64,000 nucleotides of DNA from a virus. Its lineage: Duplodnaviria > Caudoviricetes. A program made the translations under genes and the position numbers. Location: IMG/VR virus record IMGVR_UViG_3300012665_000509, positions 12,337 to 76,336 of that record, one strand, 5' to 3'. Each line of letters starts with the position of its first letter. Positions within the stretch are counted from its first letter, which is position 1. The notes beneath the pieces are model-generated. The model did not search any database, had not been told where the DNA came from, and saw nothing but the letters and a program-made list of their open reading frames with translations. Positions 37,604-47,489 of the stretch are shown piece by piece.

Positions 37604-40600
37604 ATGGCTAAGCAAAGACTTCAAAATTATGTGTTTTTACCAGGAGTGGCTAGTAGCAGTAATGCCTACCCCGACGCTTATTGGTTAATAGAAGCTAACA
37701 AAACTTTTATTAAGAAAGAAGCAATCGCATATTTAGGTGCGACAATTGCTAGCGATACCGCAGTAAACTATAATCCGTATGCTGTTACTCTATTAACACT
37801 TAACAAAGCATTTTTATTAGATGAAATGGTAGCTTGGATTAATTACCAAGTAGCTAACAGTATTTCTCCGTTTGTAGGTTATACCTACGATGCTAGCAAG
37901 TGTCGTAGAGATCTAGGTTATATGATTGACGCTATCATATATGACGTTCGATACGGCGGTAATGAAAAAACTATTGAGACATTAAAACAATACTGGCTAA
38001 GCGGTGTTGCTCAAGTACGCCAGTTTGCCGAAGTAGCATTTTACGGACAATTAAGAACAATTTTAAACAACAGCATTTTATCAAACTCGCTGTATATTAG
38101 CCAACAAAGTCCCGTAGTTTCAACACAACAAGTAACATTAAACAATGCTGAAGATTCAGCAGTTACTAATGTGTACACTCTATTAACACTTACGAGTAAC
38201 GTAATACAAAACGGATTGTCAGTATTACCTGCGCCAGCAAGCATTGTATACCCTGACGCGGTTAATGCTATTAGTATTAACAAACAATTCTTAAAAGATG
38301 AAATTGCCGCATGGATTGCTGAACAAGTAGAGGCTGAAAGTGAGTATAATTTAAAGCCTAATGCCTATTCATCATTAATACTTAATAAAACATTTATTGG
38401 TGAAGAAGCAGTTGCTTGGATCAATATACAAATAGCCGGCAACATTGCGCCATTTGTTAGCCCAAACATTGTTACATACGATCCAAGCGGAACTAAGTGT
38501 AAACGTGACATTGGCTATATTGTAGATGCTATTGCTAAAGACTTACGATTTGGCGGCAATGAAAATTTAAGAAAAGTATTGTCAATGTATTGGATTAACG
38601 GCGTTGCGCAAATTGACGGCCCACGTACTCCAGAAGTTGCTACTTACGAATTTGTTAAGACATTAATTAACAATTATATTTTACCGCAAGTCACATATAC
38701 TAGCGCACAAACAAACGTATCTCAAAACTTATCCGGTAGTGCTCCTGAGACAGGTGTAATTACTACAGTTGCTAGTTTCCTTGACTCAGCTAAGAGTACT
38801 ATTGAACTTGGCCTTGCTAGTTTGCCAACAGCAGTAGCTCCAACATATCCGTGGGGTGCCTACACTTATAATAAAGAAAAATGTAAACGCGATGTTGGTT
38901 ATATTGTTGATGCGTACATCTATGACCTAAGCTACGGCGGAAATGAAAAGACTAGAGAAACTGTTAGCTTATATTGGTCAGGTACTACTCCGCAGATTGA
39001 CGGCAGTAGAATACAGGAAGAATTAGCACACACCCAATTACGCGACATTATTAAAAATTATATTATTCCAGGTGTGACGTACGAAACATCGCAGGCTACA
39101 CCAGTAGACAGTAGTCAAGTGTTAGTAGCCGCAGGTGAAGTAGCCGCCGTTACAAAAATTAACACACTAGCAGGCATCGTTACAGATGTGATAGTTAACG
39201 GATTAACAGCACTACCAGATTTAGAAACAGGTGCTAACTTAAACTTCTCAACTAGAAATTTTGCCGGCTACACTTATGATTCAGCTAAGTGCGAACGAGA
39301 CATGAACTATGTGTTAGACGCATACTTAAATGACTTACGTTACGGCGGAAATTATAGAACTAGATTTATTGTATCTCGTTACTGGGAAGGAACACAAGCA
39401 CAAGTTGACGGTGATAGAAAACCAGAAATTGCTGTACATAATTTTATTCGTGACTTAATCAACAATCGAATTATACCACAGTCAGTTAGTGATGCCCCAT
39501 ATCAAAGTACTTACGATCAAGTTACTAATTTAGGTAAGACTGGTGAAGTAGCCGCAAAATCTAGTATCAGTGCTTTAGCATTTATTGTTACTAACGTAAT
39601 AACCAACGGGTTATCAGCAATACCAGCATTAGTTAACGGTGTTACTACTATTAAGGTTCAAGGCAAACACGAGTTAGGTGAAATATTATTAATTACAAAT
39701 ACATCTAACAATGAAATATTATACAACTTTAGTGATCCAACAATTAAAGGTATCATTACATTTGATTCAACATATAACAGTAACGGTATTGCTAGAGAAG
39801 AAGACTTTCCTAAATTCTTACAAACAGCAGACTACGTTACAACTATTACCTTAGACGTTGATACAAGCAACCGCTTCCGTGACGATCAAATTCAAATATT
39901 TGTTGAACAAAAAGAAATGCGTGTTCGACCATACGACTTTGGCACAGATGCTATCGAACGTATGCGTGTTGCGCAACCACAGTCTATGCTTGACGCTGAC
40001 TTTGAGTATGGATTACAACCAACTAAGTGGCAAGCAATTGGTATTAGCCGAGGCTACCCGTCAGTGTACGAAATCCCAGGTACTGATACACAAGTATTAT
40101 CAGTAGTAACTGATGCGTCTACTGGAACAGGCGGCATCGGCCAATCATTAATTACAGTTACAACAGCCGGCTCACATGGTTTTACTGTTGGTACTCCAAT
40201 AACTATCCGAGCACTGGCTAATACAATTAGCGGCTTTAGTCGAGCAGAAGGCACTTTCTTAATACAAGGTGTACCGTCGCTAACAACATTTACATATTAT
40301 GCCGTATCTAAAGTAGGTACTAGTAATGGCCAAATTCTTGCTACTACATATACACAGTTACGCAAAGGTGCGTTCTATACAGGCGCGGCACTAGGCCAGC
40401 CAACATTTAACGTTGCTTCAAACGGAACATTAGCTACTCTTACAACAGTATTCAACACACCGGCAGGCGGAGACCAGTTAGCATGGTCTGGATCAAATGT
40501 CCCAGACATTGGTTCACCGTTATCTGGAACAGGAATAGGTAGTGGCGCACAGATTACTGCTGTTGTTGGTACAGGCGGATTATCAGTAACTTCAGACATT

Positions 40601-43600
40601 GAGTTTGACGTGCCAATTAATGCTACTTCAATGGTACTAACAGACGCAACCGGCGTATTAGAAGGTATGGCCATAGACAACGGCTCTGGTACTGCTATAT
40701 TTGTATCGGGCATTGCTAGTAACACTATTAGTTTTACTGGCCCTATTACAACATTCCGACGCGGTAATACAGCAACCTATATAAATGTATCTGGTACAAA
40801 CATAAATTCTAACGGCACTGGAGCAACGTTCAGTGTTGATCGTGTGCTAGGAGTATATCAAGTATCAATTATTACACCAGGTAGTGATTATATTGTTGGA
40901 AATCGAATTAAAATATTAGGTACTGACCTTGGTGGTGCTGACGGTGTTAACGATTTAATTATAACTGCTGCCACTGTAACAGAACCTAACGGTGTACTTA
41001 CTTTTGACAACGCAACATTAGTTGGTGGTACTGGCTATAGCAATACAACTTATCCTACAACAGGTGGCGACGGTACCGGATTAACTGTTGATGTAGTAGT
41101 TGACGGTAGCAATATTATTACAAGCGTAACAATTAATAATCCAGGCACAGGATATGCCGCAGCCGACGTTATTACTATAGACGGCGGCGACGATAATGCT
41201 ACAATAACTGTACTAACTGTAGGCGGCGGCCTAATTACTGGAATTACAACACAAGGTACGTCAGTGACTGGCGGTGCGTCATATCCGTTGTTAACACAAA
41301 ATTCTGTAACAAGCGGAGGTTCATATACTGAAGTTCCGCAACAAAGCACAAGTGGTGGCGGAAGTGGATCTAAGTTTAATGTCATCCGTCAATTTGGTGC
41401 TTATGGTGTTACACTTGCTACCGGATTTGAAGGTACTGGGTACGCTGTAAATGATACTATTACTTTATTAGGAACCTTAGTTGGCGGTTCAACTCCGGCA
41501 AACGACATCACAATAACCGTAACTGGTATTACCGATGAAGGTGCCGGTACTGGCCCAATTACAACATTTACTAGCGCAGGTACTGGTACTAGCACAAGTT
41601 CAGGTGCTGATGTATTGTTCACAATCAATCGAGCGTTAAGTGTGTACACTATTGGAGAAATTACACAAGCCGGTACTGGATATCTAGAAGGTGATAACAT
41701 TGTAATTTTAGGAACAGATCTTGGCGGCTTAACACCAGACAATGATTTAATTATTACCGTAACCGGAGTAGACCTTGACGGCGGCGTGGCAGCAACATCG
41801 GTTGCTGGTGTGGCTATTACTGGTAACGCAACGTTTGGAACATTACCTGGCACTAATATTGTACCAACAGGCGCAGATGCTTCGTTTAATGTTACCCGTT
41901 CAGGTGGCGGCTACACTAACGTTGTAGTCAATAATCCAGGTACTAATTATTTCCAAGGCGATCAGATTACATTGTTAGGTACAAGTCTAGGTGGATTAAG
42001 CCCGGCAAACGATGTAGTTATTCGTGTAACTGGCGTAACATCTAACAGTATTAATACAGCTTCAATTATATCTGGTACTGCTATTACAGGAACAACAGTT
42101 GGTTATTATTCAGGAATAGCATTTAGTGAATTAACAACAGCCGCAATTCCCGCAGGTTCTACAATTAACGCATCGGCAATCGCATTAATTGAAGTTATTT
42201 TCCAATCACCGCACGGATTAATTCCAGGCGCAAACTTATTAGTTGATATTACTAGTAACGGTACAAACCATGCGTTAGCAAAAGGTCCGTTCTATGCTGA
42301 ACAAGTACCTACAGTAAACACTGTACGATATACCGTAAGAGCGACCGGTACTGTTGATACCGGTACGGCGTTGGCCGGTATTGTGTACGCTAGACCAGAC
42401 AGCTACTTTGTCCACAGACCATATGACGGCGGTGTTCAATTAGGTACCGGCGGTCCACAACACGGTGCTCAAGCAATTCGTATGAGTAAGAAATATATTC
42501 GTTACCAATCAGGTAAGGGTATTATGTACACCACCGGTGCGCTATTTGCTCCGAGCTATAGTTTACAAAACTTAACAGCTACTGGTCTTACTGCTGGATC
42601 ATATATCACTATTACTACAGACGATGTTGACCACGGCTGTCAAGTTGGCGGTGTTATTAAGATCAATGGTGTAGATACTGGCGGATATAACGGCATCTAT
42701 ACAGTAGTTGATGTGATTAATGAACGTCAACTAAGAGTTCAAGCACAGGGCGGCTTAGCCAATGTATACGCAACTATTACAACTAACGCACAAATGTCCA
42801 TACAAAACTGGCACGGTGCTACTGTACGAGCAGGTGTGTATGATGACCAGAACGGTATGTATTGGCAATATGACGGTAGAAATCTAGCAGTTGGTCGTAG
42901 AAGCTCAACATTCCAGTTATCGGGTGTAGTAAACATTGCTAGAGACACTAACGTGATCACTGGTATTAATACACGATTCCGTGATCAAATTAAAGCAGGT
43001 GACAGAATTGTTATCAAAGGTATGACTCATGTGGTATCAAACGTAACAAGTCAGACCAGCATGTCAGTGACTCCAGACTATCGTGGAGCAGTTGATTGCG
43101 TACAATCTAAAGTGTGTTTAGTACAAGATTTAATTATTAATCAAAATGACTTTAACTTAGATCGATTAGACGGCACAGGGCCAAGCGGCTATAATCTTGA
43201 CACATCATTTATGCAGATGATTGGTATTCAGTATAGCTGGTATGGTGCTGGATTTATTGATTACATGCTACGTGGTAGTGACGGTAATTATGTATTCGCG
43301 CACAGAATTCGTAACAGTAACGTAAACACTGAAGCGTATATGCGTACTGGTAACTTACCAGTTCGATACGAAGTTATTAATGAAAGTGCTTTTGGTAAAC
43401 TAGCGCAATCTATTACTAGAACACAAACAACAATACCTTTATTAGATGCGTCTGCTTTCCCAGATGAGTCTGGCATTGTTTATATTGACAACGAATTAAT
43501 TGCGTTCAGCGGCAAAGTAGACAATTCATTAGTTGGATGTACACGTGGCGCACCAATGACAAACTTTGTGGGAGGCGCACAACGCACATTCCGAGCAGGT

Positions 43601-45562
43601 TTTGCCGCAACACACGAATACAATACTGGGGTAATTTTAGTAAGTAACACCATTAGTCCAATTATTAGTCACTGGGGTAGTGCGTTCTTAACAGACGGTT
43701 TATTTGACGAAGATCGCGGTTACATTTTTAACTACGCATCTACAGGTATTTCAATTAGTACTACAAAAACCACAGCGTTCTTAATACGATTAGCACCAAG
43801 TGTGTCAAACGCTATTGTTGGTGACTTAGGCGAACGAGAATTAATTAACAGAGCGCAATTACTATTAAAAGAAATTGCTATTACTTCTGATACAGGTACT
43901 GGTGGTATCGTTGTTGAAGGGGTATTGAATCCACAAAACTATCCATTAAACCCTAGCGCAATTAGTTGGGGCGGATTAGCTGGACTATCACAAGGTGGTC
44001 AGCCTAGCTTTGCGCAGATTGCTCCAGGCGGTTCTGTAAACTGGAATAGCGGATCATCACAACAAACGTCTACAGGTACAACACTAGGCACAATATCAGG
44101 AAACTTAACAGTTCCAACTGGCACTGCTTTTAACAGACCAAGCGGCACTACATTTGCCTATGTTACAAAAACAAGTTGGGATAATTTAGGAGCGTCAACT
44201 GGATTTGCAATAAGTGACGGTAAAATCCCAGCAGGCGCAACAATAACAACTGTTACAGCTAGCCCACTTCCTATAGCAACTGTACTTGACACTGTGTCGA
44301 CTACAATGGCAACATTTGGCCCAACATTGTCAACTGCCGGCGGAAGTATTTCTGGCACAACTGCTACAGTATTTTTACCTAACCAGTCGTTTGTACCGTA
44401 CCCAACTGGTAGCACTATTGCTGTTGCAGGAGTATCGCCGGCAAACTTTAATGGAACGTTTACTGTTATTAATGCTGGCACTAACTTTGTACAATATACC
44501 ACTAGTGGCGCCGCTGGTAATATGACTGTTAACGGTAACGTATCTACTAGATACCCAGCAGGCAGTAACGTGTTGAGAATCACTAAAGCAAGTTGGGAAG
44601 CTATGACTAACCCAGTGAACGCAACTGGATTTAGAGCAAGTACTAGTTACTTCCCGGTTGACACATTTGTAACTGCGGTAAGTGTTATTCAAGGCACTAC
44701 ACCTAATCAGTGGTACAACGTTACTTTTAGTAAAGTAACTAGCACAGTGATTGCTAACAACGTTAACATACCAATGTCTATTGGTGGAACATACGGTTCA
44801 CAAACTACTGCGTACTATACCTCAGCAAGCTGGAACGCTTTACCAGTTGATGTGCCTATTGTTGGTGCCACAACTTCTGATGCTAAATGGATTAGCGGCG
44901 CTACTATTACTAGTATTACCGCACTAAGAACGTTTGCCGGCACTGGTTATTATGCTGTGGTTCATAATAATCCTGCGGCGCTAAGTGGTAATCAAACAGT
45001 AACATATAATTCTACACAATACTATACAGTATTCTTTAGTACAGCATCTTCAAGCGCAATAAGTTCTACAAATACTATTGGATTACAACTAGCACCAAGT
45101 ACTATTACTACCAACACGTTGTATTTTACACAAGCAAGTTGGGAAGCCTTAGTTGCTAGTTATGGTATTTCAACTGGTACTGAATTGGGAGATACTAAGT
45201 ATCCAGCTGGTACTCGTGTACAAACAGTTAGCGCATTAAGAACGTTCTCGGGCACTACTTACTATACGGTAACATTTACGCAGACGTCTAATGCTGTTAT
45301 TCCAGGCGCAAGTACAATTACATTCAAGTTTGGACAACCGCCTTACGCACTACCAGGTGAAACAGTATTTTCGTTCATTGCGCAACCAGGTGGTAACTCA
45401 GCACTTGACTTGTCAGAATTGAAAGAATTGACTAATACTACATTAGGTGGTAGAGGAACATATCCAAACGGTCCTGACGTATTAGCGATTAACGTCTATA
45501 AGGTGTCAGGCACACCAGTTACATCTAACATTGTTGTACGTTGGGGTGAAGCGCAGGCTTAA
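37604..45562 (+). CDS. Giant virion structural protein (baseplate/fibre) with four N-terminal phycobiliprotein-like domains
   Basis: 2652 aa. KCxRD motifs with Cys codons at 37901, 38498, 38882 and 39290; several G(T/A)GA.F.V.R...Y...I..PG..Y..GD.I.ILGT.LGG..P.ND repeats around 40800-42050. Confidence 0.75.
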   Translation: MAKQRLQNYVFLPGVASSSNAYPDAYWLIEANKTFIKKEAIAYLGATIASDTAVNYNPYAVTLLTLNKAFLLDEMVAWINYQVANSISPFVGYTYDASKCRRDLGYMIDAIIYDVRYGGNEKTIETLKQYWLSGVAQVRQFAEVAFYGQLRTILNNSILSNSLYISQQSPVVSTQQVTLNNAEDSAVTNVYTLLTLTSNVIQNGLSVLPAPASIVYPDAVNAISINKQFLKDEIAAWIAEQVEAESEYNLKPNAYSSLILNKTFIGEEAVAWINIQIAGNIAPFVSPNIVTYDPSGTKCKRDIGYIVDAIAKDLRFGGNENLRKVLSMYWINGVAQIDGPRTPEVATYEFVKTLINNYILPQVTYTSAQTNVSQNLSGSAPETGVITTVASFLDSAKSTIELGLASLPTAVAPTYPWGAYTYNKEKCKRDVGYIVDAYIYDLSYGGNEKTRETVSLYWSGTTPQIDGSRIQEELAHTQLRDIIKNYIIPGVTYETSQATPVDSSQVLVAAGEVAAVTKINTLAGIVTDVIVNGLTALPDLETGANLNFSTRNFAGYTYDSAKCERDMNYVLDAYLNDLRYGGNYRTRFIVSRYWEGTQAQVDGDRKPEIAVHNFIRDLINNRIIPQSVSDAPYQSTYDQVTNLGKTGEVAAKSSISALAFIVTNVITNGLSAIPALVNGVTTIKVQGKHELGEILLITNTSNNEILYNFSDPTIKGIITFDSTYNSNGIAREEDFPKFLQTADYVTTITLDVDTSNRFRDDQIQIFVEQKEMRVRPYDFGTDAIERMRVAQPQSMLDADFEYGLQPTKWQAIGISRGYPSVYEIPGTDTQVLSVVTDASTGTGGIGQSLITVTTAGSHGFTVGTPITIRALANTISGFSRAEGTFLIQGVPSLTTFTYYAVSKVGTSNGQILATTYTQLRKGAFYTGAALGQPTFNVASNGTLATLTTVFNTPAGGDQLAWSGSNVPDIGSPLSGTGIGSGAQITAVVGTGGLSVTSDIEFDVPINATSMVLTDATGVLEGMAIDNGSGTAIFVSGIASNTISFTGPITTFRRGNTATYINVSGTNINSNGTGATFSVDRVLGVYQVSIITPGSDYIVGNRIKILGTDLGGADGVNDLIITAATVTEPNGVLTFDNATLVGGTGYSNTTYPTTGGDGTGLTVDVVVDGSNIITSVTINNPGTGYAAADVITIDGGDDNATITVLTVGGGLITGITTQGTSVTGGASYPLLTQNSVTSGGSYTEVPQQSTSGGGSGSKFNVIRQFGAYGVTLATGFEGTGYAVNDTITLLGTLVGGSTPANDITITVTGITDEGAGTGPITTFTSAGTGTSTSSGADVLFTINRALSVYTIGEITQAGTGYLEGDNIVILGTDLGGLTPDNDLIITVTGVDLDGGVAATSVAGVAITGNATFGTLPGTNIVPTGADASFNVTRSGGGYTNVVVNNPGTNYFQGDQITLLGTSLGGLSPANDVVIRVTGVTSNSINTASIISGTAITGTTVGYYSGIAFSELTTAAIPAGSTINASAIALIEVIFQSPHGLIPGANLLVDITSNGTNHALAKGPFYAEQVPTVNTVRYTVRATGTVDTGTALAGIVYARPDSYFVHRPYDGGVQLGTGGPQHGAQAIRMSKKYIRYQSGKGIMYTTGALFAPSYSLQNLTATGLTAGSYITITTDDVDHGCQVGGVIKINGVDTGGYNGIYTVVDVINERQLRVQAQGGLANVYATITTNAQMSIQNWHGATVRAGVYDDQNGMYWQYDGRNLAVGRRSSTFQLSGVVNIARDTNVITGINTRFRDQIKAGDRIVIKGMTHVVSNVTSQTSMSVTPDYRGAVDCVQSKVCLVQDLIINQNDFNLDRLDGTGPSGYNLDTSFMQMIGIQYSWYGAGFIDYMLRGSDGNYVFAHRIRNSNVNTEAYMRTGNLPVRYEVINESAFGKLAQSITRTQTTIPLLDASAFPDESGIVYIDNELIAFSGKVDNSLVGCTRGAPMTNFVGGAQRTFRAGFAATHEYNTGVILVSNTISPIISHWGSAFLTDGLFDEDRGYIFNYASTGISISTTKTTAFLIRLAPSVSNAIVGDLGERELINRAQLLLKEIAITSDTGTGGIVVEGVLNPQNYPLNPSAISWGGLAGLSQGGQPSFAQIAPGGSVNWNSGSSQQTSTGTTLGTISGNLTVPTGTAFNRPSGTTFAYVTKTSWDNLGASTGFAISDGKIPAGATITTVTASPLPIATVLDTVSTTMATFGPTLSTAGGSISGTTATVFLPNQSFVPYPTGSTIAVAGVSPANFNGTFTVINAGTNFVQYTTSGAAGNMTVNGNVSTRYPAGSNVLRITKASWEAMTNPVNATGFRASTSYFPVDTFVTAVSVIQGTTPNQWYNVTFSKVTSTVIANNVNIPMSIGGTYGSQTTAYYTSASWNALPVDVPIVGATTSDAKWISGATITSITALRTFAGTGYYAVVHNNPAALSGNQTVTYNSTQYYTVFFSTASSSAISSTNTIGLQLAPSTITTNTLYFTQASWEALVASYGISTGTELGDTKYPAGTRVQTVSALRTFSGTTYYTVTFTQTSNAVIPGASTITFKFGQPPYALPGETVFSFIAQPGGNSALDLSELKELTNTTLGGRGTYPNGPDVLAINVYKVSGTPVTSNIVVRWGEAQA

Positions 45563-46008
45563 ACGATATCGATGATATCAATAATGGTTTGAATCTTAGC
45601 TTGTATAATTTTATTACGCAAGCTAAGAGCAAGACCGTTGTGTAACGGCTTAGGCAATGACTCTAAACTAAACCAGCCCCAAGCAGTATGCTCTTCACTT
45701 AGTGTTGGAATAAATTCGTCATCAATAATACAGAAATAAGTGTGGAAATTAAACACTGAGTCGTTTGACACAAATGTTTCTAATGGCATTGTTTTGATGA
45801 AAGCAGGAACGTGTCCAATTTCTTCTTGAACTTCGCGCTGTAGCCCACTCCATGGATTTTCGTACTCGTGATTAGTACCACCAATAAGACCCCATGTACC
45901 TGCGTGTTTGCCGTGTGCTTTTTGAACTAATAAAAACCTGCGAACAGACCTAGCGTAGATTAATGCTCCGCTACAAACTATCTTATCTGTTAAAGTTCTA
46001 TTCTCCAT
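45559..46008 (-). CDS. NUDIX hydrolase
   Basis: Exact Nudix box G-x5-E-x7-REVQEEIG (GTNHEYENPWSGLQREVQEEIG). Confidence 0.85.
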   Translation of the reverse strand: MENRTLTDKIVCSGALIYARSVRRFLLVQKAHGKHAGTWGLIGGTNHEYENPWSGLQREVQEEIGHVPAFIKTMPLETFVSNDSVFNFHTYFCIIDDEFIPTLSEEHTAWGWFSLESLPKPLHNGLALSLRNKIIQAKIQTIIDIIDIV

Positions 46009-47489
46009 AACCCAGCTTTATATTGACCTTCGAATGATTTAGCCCATTGTACACCGTTCCATACGTATTGTACTTTGTTCCCATTGTATATATTGCTTTG
46101 ATAGATGTGAGTATCAGTTTCTTGAGCGGCTTCAAATATAACTTGCCAGTGATCGCCTTGCCACTCGATAATATCATTAATTTTAGCAACAAAATCAGTA
46201 CCGTTAGAGTTCTTCCAACCATCAGGGCCGTTGTTAGTAGCAGTACCTGTGTTGCCAGTATAGTCGTTATTTTTAAAGTTTACATCTGAACCGATGTCTT
46301 CAATAATTAAAAATCTATCGCCAGCAACTACATTCTGCATTCCATGGCCAGGATAGACTGTATGAGGATCAATAATAGCATCAAAGCTGCCGTTACTTCT
46401 ACCGCCACTTGACGAACGGTCACCTGTAGTAACTATGTCATCATCTTGAGGATATGTATCGGAATCCCAAATAACTGTCAATGATGTAAAGTCTGTAGGT
46501 GTAACAACAAATGTGCCAACGACTTCATTACCGTTTGGTTGTACTAAGTATATCATGCTTGAACCTGGGGTAAATTTACCAGGATATAGACTAAAGACCA
46601 TGTTCCAATCTAGTGGTTGTCCTTGTCTAACAGCAACTTCAAAATTTGGTTCTCTTGGAATACTGCTTTCAGTAGGCCCGAGCAATTCTACTTTATTGTT
46701 ATATACTTGAATATTATAATCAGTGATGGTTACAATATCTTTTGATAATACTGTTGATAGTGTTGTATCACCGGACACCAACGGAATACCAAGTCCGTCA
46801 ATGTATTCGTTACTATCACTACCTGAATTTTGATACAGGCTTGTAATAATACTAGTAATAACACCAAGGTGTTTGACCTTAACTGGCGGGCTAATCCATA
46901 TAGGAGTATCTAAGGTTAATGTAGCAATGTCAATAGGCGCATCTTGCGTGCCAATTGGAATAGACTTGCTTGACCAGCTCATGTTGGCTAAGTTCAATAC
47001 TGATAAACTTGTCCAGTCAATGTAGTTGTCAGTTGTTTGTAATTCTAAACTTGGATTAAACAATACTAGTATCTGTTCAAGTATTTGTAATTTTTGGTCA
47101 GTGTTAGCAGACCAAATATCAACCTTCATCGTTAATTTAAACGGAGTTGGCATTAGTCGTTCTACTGTATAGTTACGACCTTGACCTTGTGTGTATGCTC
47201 CGCCTTCAATGTCTCGTTCTCTAATATGAACTTTTCCAACATACGTAGAATCACCTAAGCGTTCTTTATCAAGTTGTAGATCACTAATGTACACGCTGAT
47301 GCGCGGCACTGAGTTAATTTTATTTTCACTGTTCTGACGGATAATTGATGCGACTTGTTTGTCCGCATCACCGTACAATACAGGAATACGTACTAACGAT
47401 CCGTCAGCGTATTTTACAGTAAAATGACTCAATATACGAATAGTCTGCGTAATATAGCGTCTTATCTGGCCATCATAAAAATGTAACAT
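45990..47489 (-). CDS. gp15: Tail completion/sheath stabilizer, T4 gp15-like
   Basis: FYDGQIRRY, RIPVLYGD, PRISVYI, QKLQILEQILVLFNP motifs; adjacent to the neck genes. Confidence 0.7.
   Translation of the reverse strand: MLHFYDGQIRRYITQTIRILSHFTVKYADGSLVRIPVLYGDADKQVASIIRQNSENKINSVPRISVYISDLQLDKERLGDSTYVGKVHIRERDIEGGAYTQGQGRNYTVERLMPTPFKLTMKVDIWSANTDQKLQILEQILVLFNPSLELQTTDNYIDWTSLSVLNLANMSWSSKSIPIGTQDAPIDIATLTLDTPIWISPPVKVKHLGVITSIITSLYQNSGSDSNEYIDGLGIPLVSGDTTLSTVLSKDIVTITDYNIQVYNNKVELLGPTESSIPREPNFEVAVRQGQPLDWNMVFSLYPGKFTPGSSMIYLVQPNGNEVVGTFVVTPTDFTSLTVIWDSDTYPQDDDIVTTGDRSSSGGRSNGSFDAIIDPHTVYPGHGMQNVVAGDRFLIIEDIGSDVNFKNNDYTGNTGTATNNGPDGWKNSNGTDFVAKINDIIEWQGDHWQVIFEAAQETDTHIYQSNIYNGNKVQYVWNGVQWAKSFEGQYKAGLWRIEL

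Noticed and set aside
9753-39640. Reading the phycobiliprotein-like repeats as auxiliary photosynthesis genes or as proof of a cyanobacterial host
   Set aside because: They are internal domains of structural proteins, lack the X/Y helices needed for alpha-beta assembly, and nothing else in the window identifies the host.
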